NCBI GenBank assembly: GCA_964576965.1
Contig: CAZNWQ010000002.1
Span: 1,775-35,958, forward strand
Length of the DNA stretch: 34,184 nt
Direction of reading: 5' to 3'
Source: an uncultured Dehalococcoidia bacterium
Lineage (GTDB): Bacteria; Chloroflexota; Dehalococcoidia; Lucifugimonadales; UBA2985
A model generated the notes under the pieces. It saw nothing but the letters and a program-made list of their open reading frames with translations. It did not search any database and had not been told where the DNA came from. Positions 1 to 8,428 of this stretch are shown piece after piece. The first letter of the stretch is position 1. Each line of letters opens with the position of its first letter. The position numbers were made by a program, and so were the translations under genes.

Positions 1-978
1 GGCTATCTACACAGGGGATCCGAAAAACTCTGCGAAGGCGAAATATACGTACAAATAGTAACCCTGTTCGACAGGCTTGACTACTTAAGCAATTTGAACA
101 ATGAGATGGTTTTCTGTAGAGCGGTTGAGAAGTTAATGGATCTAGAAGTGCCTGAGAGAGCTGAATACATTAGGGTAATTTTGTGTGAGCTAAACAGAGT
201 AGCTAGTCATTTGTTATTTATTGGCACTTTCGGTCTCGATGTAGGAGCGATGACACCTAGTATGTATATGTTCCGTGATCGAGAAAAGATCCAGTCCCTT
301 TTTGAAGCTGTAACTGGAGCCCGAATGATGCACAATTACATCAGAATAGGCGGCATCAAAAACGACGTGCCCGAAGATTTTAATCAAAGAATGCGATCCT
401 TAATAGTAGAACTGAAAAAAGGACTAGAGGAAGCCGATAAGCTACTCAGCTTCAATGAAATCTTCTTGGCCCGAACCAAAAACATAGGCACAATGTCAGC
501 TAAAATGGCAATAGAATACGGGGTCAGCGGTCCGTCCTTAAGGGCTTCTGGTGTGCCAATAGATATACGAAAGGATCACCCGTATTCTATATACGATAGA
601 TTTGATTTCGGGATACCCATAGGGGAAGTCGGGGACTGCTGGGATAGATACTATGTTCGATTAGAGGAAGTGAGGCAATCTATATCTATTATGGAACAAG
701 CGCTCGACCAACTGCCTGGTGGAGACACTATAACCCCTACTAGATTCTTGTTAAGACCACCCAAGGGAGAGGTTTACGTAAGAGGAGAAAATCCCAGAGG
801 GGAAATAGGAGTCTATATGATCAGTGACGGAACAGACAAACCATATAGAGTAAAAGTAAGGCCTCCTTCATTTTGTAATTTAATGACAATAAAAGATTTA
901 CTTATAGACACGTACATTGCAGATGCGGTAGTTATTCTTGGTTCTCTGGATATAGTTCTGGGAGAAGTAGACAGATGA
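1..978 (+). CDS. nuoD: NADH-quinone oxidoreductase subunit D (49-kDa subunit), 5'-truncated by the window edge
   Basis: Frame 1 is open from base 1 (GYLHRGSEKLCEGEIYVQIVTLFDRLDYLSNLNNEM...) and runs into the listed 94..978 ORF, so the listed Met is internal. The GYLHRG.EKL and DRLDY motifs and the C-terminal VILGSLDIVLGEVDR are typical of NuoD. The TGA stop at 976-978 overlaps the nuoH ATG (ATGA). Confidence 0.92.
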   Translation, partial: GYLHRGSEKLCEGEIYVQIVTLFDRLDYLSNLNNEMVFCRAVEKLMDLEVPERAEYIRVILCELNRVASHLLFIGTFGLDVGAMTPSMYMFRDREKIQSLFEAVTGARMMHNYIRIGGIKNDVPEDFNQRMRSLIVELKKGLEEADKLLSFNEIFLARTKNIGTMSAKMAIEYGVSGPSLRASGVPIDIRKDHPYSIYDRFDFGIPIGEVGDCWDRYYVRLEEVRQSISIMEQALDQLPGGDTITPTRFLLRPPKGEVYVRGENPRGEIGVYMISDGTDKPYRVKVRPPSFCNLMTIKDLLIDTYIADAVVILGSLDIVLGEVDR

Positions 979-2099
979 GTCTAATAATAGATGTAGGTAT
1001 GCGCATTTCCTTAATATTAGGTCTTCTAACCGGATTATCTGTTGTTGTTCTGTCTTTAGTTTGGGTGGAAAGAAAGTTTCTAGGTAGAATCCAAATGAGA
1101 ATGGGTCCAATGGTGGTCGGACCTTACGGTTTATTACAGCCTGTTGCCGACGCCATAAAACTTGTGGCGAAAGAAGATCTGCTGTCCCCTTGGGTAGATA
1201 GAATTGTATATTGGATAGCCCCTCTGGCAGTCTTCATTCCCAGCTTTATGATATGGGTAACCATACCAATTTCACGAGACATAGTAATTAGAAACATGGA
1301 CATGGGGCTTTTCTACATTATTGCTTTCTCGGTTCTGTCTATAGTTGGCCTCGTCGCTGCCGGATGGGCATCATCAAATAAATATGCTGTCCTGGGTGGG
1401 TTTAGGGCCGCTGCTCAACTGATAAGTTATGAAATACCTTTAATTATGGCTGTTTTAGGTGTTGCCATGTTAGCACAATCCCTAAACCTGCAAGAAATTG
1501 TTAACCAACAAGATACTTATGTTTATGCATTGGTTCAGCCACTAGGATTATTGATTTTTTTCATTGCGGGGTTAGCGGAAATTGGAAGAACTCCGTTCGA
1601 TATACATCCGGCCGAATCAGAAGTTGTTGGCGGGCCATTTGTTGAATATAGCGGGGCACATTGGTCTATATTTTTTCTGGCGGAATACATCAATACATTT
1701 GCAATTGCGGCGTTGACAGTTCTCCTGTTCCTTGGTGGATGGCTACTACCAGGTTTGTCCGGAGGCGCAATAACTACTGTAGGAATCTTCGTATTTTTTG
1801 CAAAAACCTATTTGGTTATTTTGATAATATTCTGGTTCAGGGGCACTTATCCAAGGCTGCGCATAGATCAATTAATGTCTTTCGGTTGGAAAATGCTGGT
1901 TCCCTTATCCTTCATCAACATAATATTGACCGGTTGTTACATGTTCTATGGTTGGCCAACATGGCTAATGAGCATAATATCCGTAACCATACTCGTAAGC
2001 GTTTTTTGGTTGGTAAGTAAACGCATGAACAATACTAAAAAAGAATATACGGTTCATATTTATAAACCAGAATCATCGGAGGTTAAAAATGCTGGGTAA
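975..2099 (+). CDS. nuoH: NADH-quinone oxidoreductase subunit H (ND1 homologue)
   Basis: A 374-aa polytopic membrane ORF with NuoH-type motifs ERKFLGRIQMRMGP, RAAAQLISYEIP, AEIGRTPFD, AESEVVGG and EYSG. Its start overlaps the nuoD stop. Confidence 0.93.
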   Translation: MSLIIDVGMRISLILGLLTGLSVVVLSLVWVERKFLGRIQMRMGPMVVGPYGLLQPVADAIKLVAKEDLLSPWVDRIVYWIAPLAVFIPSFMIWVTIPISRDIVIRNMDMGLFYIIAFSVLSIVGLVAAGWASSNKYAVLGGFRAAAQLISYEIPLIMAVLGVAMLAQSLNLQEIVNQQDTYVYALVQPLGLLIFFIAGLAEIGRTPFDIHPAESEVVGGPFVEYSGAHWSIFFLAEYINTFAIAALTVLLFLGGWLLPGLSGGAITTVGIFVFFAKTYLVILIIFWFRGTYPRLRIDQLMSFGWKMLVPLSFINIILTGCYMFYGWPTWLMSIISVTILVSVFWLVSKRMNNTKKEYTVHIYKPESSEVKNAG

Positions 2100-2583
2100 T
2101 CTTAAAGGCCTCCTAGTAACTCTTTCCACAATGCTTAGAAAGCCTGTGACCTATCAATATCCCAAAGAACACAAGCCTATTGAAAGCCGTTATATGGGAT
2201 TCCCTGTATTGATGTGGGATTCTCAAATCAGTGAGCCTTATTGTACAGGTTGCATGGTTTGTGTTCGTTATTGTCCGACACAATGTATGACTGCGGTTAT
2301 GAAAGACAACCCTTTGCATGCTGAAGGTGTGAGTAAAAGAAGAAAAATCGTCGACAGTTTCGAAATCAACTTTGGAAGATGTATTGTATGTGGTATATGT
2401 GTAGATGTTTGTAATTTCGATGCCATAGAAATGAGTCACGAACATGAATTAAGTAAGTATGCCCGTAACGATAACCGATCCGACCTGACGAGACTGCTGG
2501 AGATGGGAAAGAACTACCAAGAAGAAACTGGTTGGGAACCTAAAACGAATGCGAAGGAAAGTGAAGGGGAGGCTTCAAGTTGA
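2089..2583 (+). CDS. nuoI: NADH-quinone oxidoreductase subunit I (2x[4Fe-4S] ferredoxin-type)
   Basis: Two Cys clusters, CTGCMVCVRYCP and CIVCGICVDVCN. It sits between nuoH and nuoJ and overlaps nuoH by 11 nt. Confidence 0.9.
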   Translation: MLGNLKGLLVTLSTMLRKPVTYQYPKEHKPIESRYMGFPVLMWDSQISEPYCTGCMVCVRYCPTQCMTAVMKDNPLHAEGVSKRRKIVDSFEINFGRCIVCGICVDVCNFDAIEMSHEHELSKYARNDNRSDLTRLLEMGKNYQEETGWEPKTNAKESEGEASS

Positions 2584-2756
2584 GTTTGGCAAGCATAGTA
2601 TTTTACATTCTTGCTGTTATATCCATATCGATGGTGGGAGTGTTGGGCTTAATCACCACCAATTATAATTTGAGTTTGGCAGAAACAGTGTTTTACGTAC
2701 TTGCAACTATATCGTTGGTGGGTGCGCTGGGTGTAGTAGTAACTCGCAATGTGATT
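2580..2756 (+). repeat. In-frame tandem duplication (2 x ~90 bp, diverged) encoding the first NuoJ transmembrane helix
   Basis: The identical 12-mer ttgagtttggca occurs at 2580 and at 2670, exactly 90 bp apart. The peptides align as LSLASIVFYILAVISISMVGVLG versus LSLAETVFYVLATIS-LVGALGV. Confidence 0.8.
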
Positions 2757-3161
2757 TATGCTTCATTTTTGCTATTGACGTCACTGATGGGAGTAGCAAG
2801 TATATACCTCCTACTTCTGGCCGAGTTCCTAGCCCTAGTCCAAATTTTGATATACGGCGGGGCAGTAATCATAGTAATCCTGTTCTTCATAATGCTCACA
2901 CGAGTCCATGAAGTCAAATCCATTACCGACAATTCCCAAAAACCGTTTGCAGTTATCACATCCCTATTGGTTTTTGGACTCCTACTGGCCGGTATATTGA
3001 ACAGTAATGTAGAGGTGGGAGAGCGTAGTTCCGTACCATTCACTGAATTGGGTAATTCCTTGTTCACGCAGTGGGCTGTGCCATTTGAGGTAGCATCTCT
3101 TGTCCTCCTCATAGCACTCATAGGTGCAATTGTAATTGCCCGGCCAAAGGAAGATGAATGA
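2580..3161 (+). CDS. nuoJ: NADH-quinone oxidoreductase subunit J (ND6 homologue) with a duplicated N-terminal helix
   Basis: NuoJ-like core: GALGVVVTRNVIYASFLLL and AEFLALVQILIYGGAVIIVILFFIM. The TTG start at 2580 overlaps the nuoI TGA and lies 7 nt after a strong SD, AAGGGGAGG (2564-2572). An alternative TTG at 2670 has no SD. Confidence 0.85.
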   Translation: MSLASIVFYILAVISISMVGVLGLITTNYNLSLAETVFYVLATISLVGALGVVVTRNVIYASFLLLTSLMGVASIYLLLLAEFLALVQILIYGGAVIIVILFFIMLTRVHEVKSITDNSQKPFAVITSLLVFGLLLAGILNSNVEVGERSSVPFTELGNSLFTQWAVPFEVASLVLLIALIGAIVIARPKEDE

Positions 3162-3463
3162 GCCTAATACACTTTCAAATATTGAGTGCGGCAATGTTTT
3201 CTATAGGTCTATATGGAGTGCTGGCAAGACGGAATGCCCTTCTAGTGCTTTTATCCATAGAAATAATGTTGAATGCCGTAAATATAAATCTAGTAGCATT
3301 TTCGTCCTATGCTGAATCTGCTCAAGATGTGGGTCAAATCATAGCTATATTCATAATAACAGTAGCAGCAGCTGAAGTGGGTTTGGCTATGGCCATCATA
3401 CTAAGATTGTTCAGAGATAGATCGTCTGTAGATCTCGATGACGTAGACTTAATGAAATGGTAA
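3158..3463 (+). CDS. nuoK: NADH-quinone oxidoreductase subunit K (ND4L homologue)
   Basis: A 101-aa, 3-TM protein with LSIEIMLNAVNINLVAFS and AAAEVGLAMAIIL. ATGA overlap with the nuoJ stop. Confidence 0.9.
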   Translation: MSLIHFQILSAAMFSIGLYGVLARRNALLVLLSIEIMLNAVNINLVAFSSYAESAQDVGQIIAIFIITVAAAEVGLAMAIILRLFRDRSSVDLDDVDLMKW

Positions 3464-3478
3464 TACGGCTTTAAATAT

Positions 3479-5374
3479 ATGGATCCTATATCAGAAAATT
3501 TGAATAATACGGGTGTGCAAATAGCGTGGGTAGCTCCTGCGCTTGGAGTATTATCTTTCACCTTGTTGGTGCTTTTCAGGAAGTATTTACCTCAACAAGG
3601 ATCCTTCATATCGATTGCCTCTATGCTGGCTAGTTTCGGGATTTTTTGTTATGTGTTGAATTCTTTTATGTCTTCAGGTGGTGGAGTATTCTCAGTTGAA
3701 TGGTTCAATATAGGTACCCATTCTTTTACTCTTGGAATAATAGTCGATGAATTGTCTCTCGTTATGCTGGGATTAGTAACATTTGTCGCTGCCAATGTTC
3801 AAGTTTTCTCCATAGGATACATGAAAGGAGACGGTTCTTTCGGCTGGTACTTTGCAGTTCACTCACTTTTTGCCGCGTCTATGTTAATGCTCGTGCTTTC
3901 AGATAATTTGCTGCTGCTTTACATGGCTTGGGAGCTCGTAGGAGTTTGCTCTTACCTACTAATAGGATTTTGGTATGAAAAACGGTCTGCTGCAGAAGCT
4001 GCTAAAAAAGCTTTTGTAACGACCCGCATAGGCGACATAGGTCTGCTTATTGGCATCCTACTCTTGTATAAAGCCACAGGGACATTCAATATCCTCGATA
4101 TATTCCATGCAGTGTCAAATGGTGGTGTTGATTCAACTATTCTTACCTCTTCTCTTCTCTTGATATTCTTAGGAGCTATGGGTAAATCAGCTCAATTCCC
4201 ACTGCACGTCTGGCTACCTGACGCAATGGAAGGACCCACTCCTGTAAGCGCTCTTATCCATGCGGCTACCATGGTGGTGGCCGGGGTGTTTTTGGTTGCA
4301 AGGTTATTTCCTATTTTCACAACCACAGAATCGACTATGTTCATAATATCCACGGTTGGTCTCACCACGGCTCTCCTTACAGCTGGCATCGCCTTGGTAA
4401 TGACAGATCTTAAGCGTGTATTGGCTTATTCAACAATTAGCCACTTAGGATTCATGATGTTAACTCTCGGCTCCTTCGGGTATACAGCAGCTTTATTTCA
4501 CTTGATAACTCACGCTTTTGCAAAGGCACTGCTTTTCTTATGTGCGGGCAGTATCGCTCACGGAACAAACGACGTGAGAGATATAAGGCAAATGGGAGGA
4601 TTGTGGCGTCGAATGCCAGTAACTTCTGTAGTATTTAGCATCGGGTTATTCGCCTTGGCTGGGATACCGCCACTCAGCGGGTTTTTCAGTAAGGACGAGA
4701 TTTTAGTTGCTATTTTGGACAACGGAAATCTATTGTTCTTTTCGTTAACCGTCATAGCGGCATTACTGAGCTCTCTGTATATGGCTAGGCTGTTTTTCTT
4801 GGTAGTGCTTGGCCCACTAAAAACTGAGAATGAACATGCCCACGAATCTCCTTTAGTTATGACAGTGCCTCTGATATTATTGGCATTCTTGTCCATATTT
4901 GCAGGCCTTATTGGACCAGGGTTTGCAGGCTATTCTGGCATTGGAGACTGGCTCTTTTTTGATAAACCTCACCACTACCACATCAACATTTTGGTCGTAA
5001 CACTCTCATTATTTGTTGGTATCGGTGGATTTGTTTTAGGATGGATGATTTATTACAGAGGTATTTACTCTGCCTCTCTAATATCACAAAAGTTTTCCCG
5101 GCTGCATAACCTACTGGAAAACAAATATTACATAGATGAATTTTATCAAAAACTAATAGACACCGTAGCTCTGGCTTTTGCTAGATTCCTAGCTGCTTTT
5201 GACAGGATTGTGATAAATGACGCTGCAGTTAATGGCACAGGAAGATCGGTTTTTCTTTCTGGTTGGAGGTTAAGATACCTGGAAACAGGAAAAGTTTATA
5301 ACTACGCTCTTGGTATGGCTTTAGGCTTAGTAAGTATTGGTCTATTCTGGTGGTTTGTAGTTCCATCTATTTGA
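3479..5374 (+). CDS. nuoL: NADH-quinone oxidoreductase subunit L (ND5 homologue, antiporter-like)
   Basis: 631 aa with WELVGVCSYLLIGFWY and KSAQFPLHVWLPDAMEGPTPVSALIHAATMV. It has the long C-terminal extension typical of NuoL. Confidence 0.92.
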   Translation: MDPISENLNNTGVQIAWVAPALGVLSFTLLVLFRKYLPQQGSFISIASMLASFGIFCYVLNSFMSSGGGVFSVEWFNIGTHSFTLGIIVDELSLVMLGLVTFVAANVQVFSIGYMKGDGSFGWYFAVHSLFAASMLMLVLSDNLLLLYMAWELVGVCSYLLIGFWYEKRSAAEAAKKAFVTTRIGDIGLLIGILLLYKATGTFNILDIFHAVSNGGVDSTILTSSLLLIFLGAMGKSAQFPLHVWLPDAMEGPTPVSALIHAATMVVAGVFLVARLFPIFTTTESTMFIISTVGLTTALLTAGIALVMTDLKRVLAYSTISHLGFMMLTLGSFGYTAALFHLITHAFAKALLFLCAGSIAHGTNDVRDIRQMGGLWRRMPVTSVVFSIGLFALAGIPPLSGFFSKDEILVAILDNGNLLFFSLTVIAALLSSLYMARLFFLVVLGPLKTENEHAHESPLVMTVPLILLAFLSIFAGLIGPGFAGYSGIGDWLFFDKPHHYHINILVVTLSLFVGIGGFVLGWMIYYRGIYSASLISQKFSRLHNLLENKYYIDEFYQKLIDTVALAFARFLAAFDRIVINDAAVNGTGRSVFLSGWRLRYLETGKVYNYALGMALGLVSIGLFWWFVVPSI

Positions 5375-5422
5375 GAATGTGAATGTCTATATTAACCATT
5401 TTAACAGGACGCAAAATATAAT

Positions 5423-6919
5423 ATGAGTGCTAATTTACTTGCATCTCTAATAGGAATCCCTTTCATCTGGGGATTGTTGTTAGTATTTTTTCCAAAAGAC
5501 AGAGTCCGGGATATACGAGTCCTGTCTGCAATAATATCTTTCATCCTCCTTATCCTTTCTGGTTATTTGTTCCTTAACTATGATTACACCTTAGGAGGCT
5601 TTCAATTTGTCCAAGATACTCCTTGGCTCAACTCAATCGGTATATCCCTTTCTTTTGGGGTAGATGGAATATCCGTTCCTATGATCTTGCTCACTGGCAT
5701 TGTAACGTTTACCGGAGTTTTGATTTCTTGGAGTGTGGAGGAAAGAGTAAAAGAATTCTTCATCTTGTTCTTCTTACTGGTTGCCGGGGTTTTCGGCGTG
5801 TTCGTTGCCTTAGACCTGTTCTTTTTCTTCTTCTTTTATGAACTTGCCGTGATGCCAATGTATCTACTGATTGGTGTTTGGGGCAGTAGTTCCGATTTCG
5901 GTTCTTTCCTTAGGCCCAAAGAATACGGTGCCATGAAACTTATGATAGTCCTAGTAGCTGGAAGTATCCTCGTTTGGATAGCACTCTTGGCGGTTTACGT
6001 AGAAAGTTCTTCTGGGACTTTCTCGCTTCTAACAATCGGAGAGGCAACTTTTAGCAGAAACTTCCAAATAGTCTTCTTCCCGATGTTTATGGTGGGGTTT
6101 GGAATATTGGCAGGCCTCTGGCCTTTCCATACTTGGTCTCCAGACGGGCATGTTGCAGCCCCCACGTCAGTTAGTATGTTACATGCCGGAGTATTAATGA
6201 AATTGGGAGCATACGGCATTATAAGAGTTGGTATTGATATATTGCCAGAAGGCGCCCAAGAATGGATGTGGTTACTTATGGTATTGGGCACTATAAACGT
6301 AGTATATGGTGCTATATCCGCCATGGGCCAAAGGGACTTGAAATATGTTATAGGATACTCCAGTGTAAGCCACATGGGTTACGTGCTAATGGGCATAGCT
6401 ACCCTTAACGCTATTGGTATGGGTGGTGCCATCTTGCAAATGTTTTCCCATGGGATAATGACAGCACTCTTTTTCGCCTTGGTTGGAGCAATATATCAGA
6501 GAAGCCACGTTCGAGATATTGGTATTTTAGAAGGCATAGGAAAACGAATGGGTGTCACATCAGCATTTTTCGCTGTAGCAGGCCTTGCTTCACTGGGCCT
6601 GCCAGGATTAAGTGGGTTTATTGCAGAACTAATGGTTTTCATAGGAGTGTTTAGCAGCTACCCTCCTATATTTGGTATTCTAGCCATAATCGGAGCAGGA
6701 ATAACTGCAGTATATATACTACGGTTACTCGCCAAAGTGTTTTTCGGTCCCCTTGATACCAGATGGACCAACCTTACCGATTTAAATAGAACGGAATTTG
6801 TTTCTTCCTCTATTTTAGTGGCCTTCTTGTTGATAGTAGGACTATATCCCAAACCATGGATGGACATGATTGATAGTGGATTAATACCTATTTTAGAAGG
6901 AGTTAAGAATCTGACATGA
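5423..6919 (+). CDS. nuoM: NADH-quinone oxidoreductase subunit M (ND4 homologue)
   Basis: 498 aa with FFYELAVMPMYLLIGVWG, PFHTWSPDGHVAAPTSVSMLHAGVLMKLGAYG and YSSVSHMGYVLMG. Confidence 0.92.
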   Translation: MSANLLASLIGIPFIWGLLLVFFPKDRVRDIRVLSAIISFILLILSGYLFLNYDYTLGGFQFVQDTPWLNSIGISLSFGVDGISVPMILLTGIVTFTGVLISWSVEERVKEFFILFFLLVAGVFGVFVALDLFFFFFFYELAVMPMYLLIGVWGSSSDFGSFLRPKEYGAMKLMIVLVAGSILVWIALLAVYVESSSGTFSLLTIGEATFSRNFQIVFFPMFMVGFGILAGLWPFHTWSPDGHVAAPTSVSMLHAGVLMKLGAYGIIRVGIDILPEGAQEWMWLLMVLGTINVVYGAISAMGQRDLKYVIGYSSVSHMGYVLMGIATLNAIGMGGAILQMFSHGIMTALFFALVGAIYQRSHVRDIGILEGIGKRMGVTSAFFAVAGLASLGLPGLSGFIAELMVFIGVFSSYPPIFGILAIIGAGITAVYILRLLAKVFFGPLDTRWTNLTDLNRTEFVSSSILVAFLLIVGLYPKPWMDMIDSGLIPILEGVKNLT

Positions 6920-8346
6920 ACTTTCTTCTCTTCTTACCAGAACTGACACTTGCCGCAGTAGCATTTGCCGTCCTAGCTATTGATCTTGTTACACCATCCA
7001 CAAAAAAATGGATTTTGACTCCTGCGAGTATTTTAGGATTAATTATAGTCTTACTGGTTTCAATATCATATTTATATGGAAAACAGGAGTCATTGTATAA
7101 CGGATTGTTCTTGATAGATGATTTCTCTTTGTTGTTCAAAGGTTTCTTTATCATTCTGGGCATACTGGTAATTTTATCTTCCCATGATTATATAAAAGAG
7201 CACCTGAGCCACCCTGGCGAATATTACGGGATATTATTACTATCGATACTCGGTATGGTTTTGATGTCAGCATCTGGAGAGTTATTGACAGCTTATATCT
7301 CTCTCGAATTACTGAGTTTCAGCTTATATGTCCTCGTTTCATATGGTAGTAACGGATTTAAACCTAGCGAAGCAGGGGTTAAGTATATTCTTCTGGGTGG
7401 ACTAGCTTCAGCGATACTGCTTTTCGGTATAAGCCAAATCTATGGAGTTCTCGGTACCACTCAATTTCAAGGTATTCATTTGGCATTAAGTGAATCCTCG
7501 TCTTTGGATTCTGGCGTGTTGATCGGCTTAGTGATGATTATAGCAGGGCTGGCTTTCAAGATAGCTGCCGTTCCTTTCCACATGTGGGCCCCTGACATAT
7601 ATGAAGGCGCCCCAACTCCAATAACAGCTTACTTGGCTGTAGGCTCCAAAGCGGCAGGGTTTGCATTAATAATACGTCTTTTTGCACAGGCTCTTATGCC
7701 TGCAATGGATGACTGGCAAATCATTGTAATAATTCTTTCTGCTTTAACCATGACCTTCGGAAACTTGGTGGCCCTAGCTCAACATAATATAAAACGTATG
7801 TTGGCTTACTCGAGTATTGGTCAAGTTGGATATCTTCTAATGGGTGTTGCCACTTTGAGCTACATGAGCACAAACGGGATAATACTACACCTAGCGGGTT
7901 ATGGTGTAACCAATTTAGCCGCATTTTTATGTGTGATAATTTTTTATAACTCTAGCCGCAAAGAAGACATTGAAGACTACGCAGGCCTGGCAGATAAATC
8001 CCCGTTCCTTGCAATGGCTCTCAGCGTTTCCTTGTTATCTTTAGCCGGGTTGCCATTTTTTGTCGGTTTCACAACAAAATTCTATTTATTCACAGTGGTA
8101 GCTAATGCGGGATTGCTGTGGCTAGTTGGCGTGGCCATCTCTGCCAGCGTGATATCTCTTTATTACTACCTGATAGTACTCAAGCAAATGTATATGGTTG
8201 CACCAACAAATGACTCTCAAATAAACATCTCTGTCCTTAACCGAAGTTTACTTTGGGTGCTCACCCTGAGTATAGTGATATTAGGTATATTTCCTAGCCC
8301 TTTAGTGAGAATTATCCAGTCAGCATCTAGTGCTATCTTCTCTTAA
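6916..8346 (+). CDS. nuoN: NADH-quinone oxidoreductase subunit N (ND2 homologue)
   Basis: 476 aa with AAVPFHMWAPDIYEGAPTPITAYL and LAYSSIGQVGYLLMG. ATGA overlap with the nuoM stop. Confidence 0.92.
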   Translation: MNFLLFLPELTLAAVAFAVLAIDLVTPSTKKWILTPASILGLIIVLLVSISYLYGKQESLYNGLFLIDDFSLLFKGFFIILGILVILSSHDYIKEHLSHPGEYYGILLLSILGMVLMSASGELLTAYISLELLSFSLYVLVSYGSNGFKPSEAGVKYILLGGLASAILLFGISQIYGVLGTTQFQGIHLALSESSSLDSGVLIGLVMIIAGLAFKIAAVPFHMWAPDIYEGAPTPITAYLAVGSKAAGFALIIRLFAQALMPAMDDWQIIVIILSALTMTFGNLVALAQHNIKRMLAYSSIGQVGYLLMGVATLSYMSTNGIILHLAGYGVTNLAAFLCVIIFYNSSRKEDIEDYAGLADKSPFLAMALSVSLLSLAGLPFFVGFTTKFYLFTVVANAGLLWLVGVAISASVISLYYYLIVLKQMYMVAPTNDSQINISVLNRSLLWVLTLSIVILGIFPSPLVRIIQSASSAIFS

Positions 8347-8428
8347 ACCCTAAATGCCGTTGGTATGTTTATTTCTTACTTCACACCACATACTTGCTGG
8401 TGTATTATCAGAGTGAAAAGAGAGGCCA

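Noticed and set aside
1661-2020. A 119-aa ORF in an alternative plus-strand frame inside nuoH.
   Set aside because: It is entirely nested in the well-supported nuoH frame. It has no SD, its composition is Arg/Asn/Cys-rich and unlike local proteins, and it resembles no family I recognise.
5818-5842. A T/C-rich slippery run (ttctttttcttcttctttt) encoding FFFFFF in nuoM, considered as a frameshift site.
   Set aside because: The NuoM frame continues with conserved motifs (YELAVMPMYLLIG) immediately afterwards, so no frameshift is needed. It is a hydrophobic helix segment.
8383-8403. A hairpin ACACCA-N9-TGGTGT downstream of nuoN, considered as the nuo operon terminator.
   Set aside because: The stem is short and 50% GC, and it is followed by ATTATC rather than a U-run. 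It could equally be part of the thyX promoter region.
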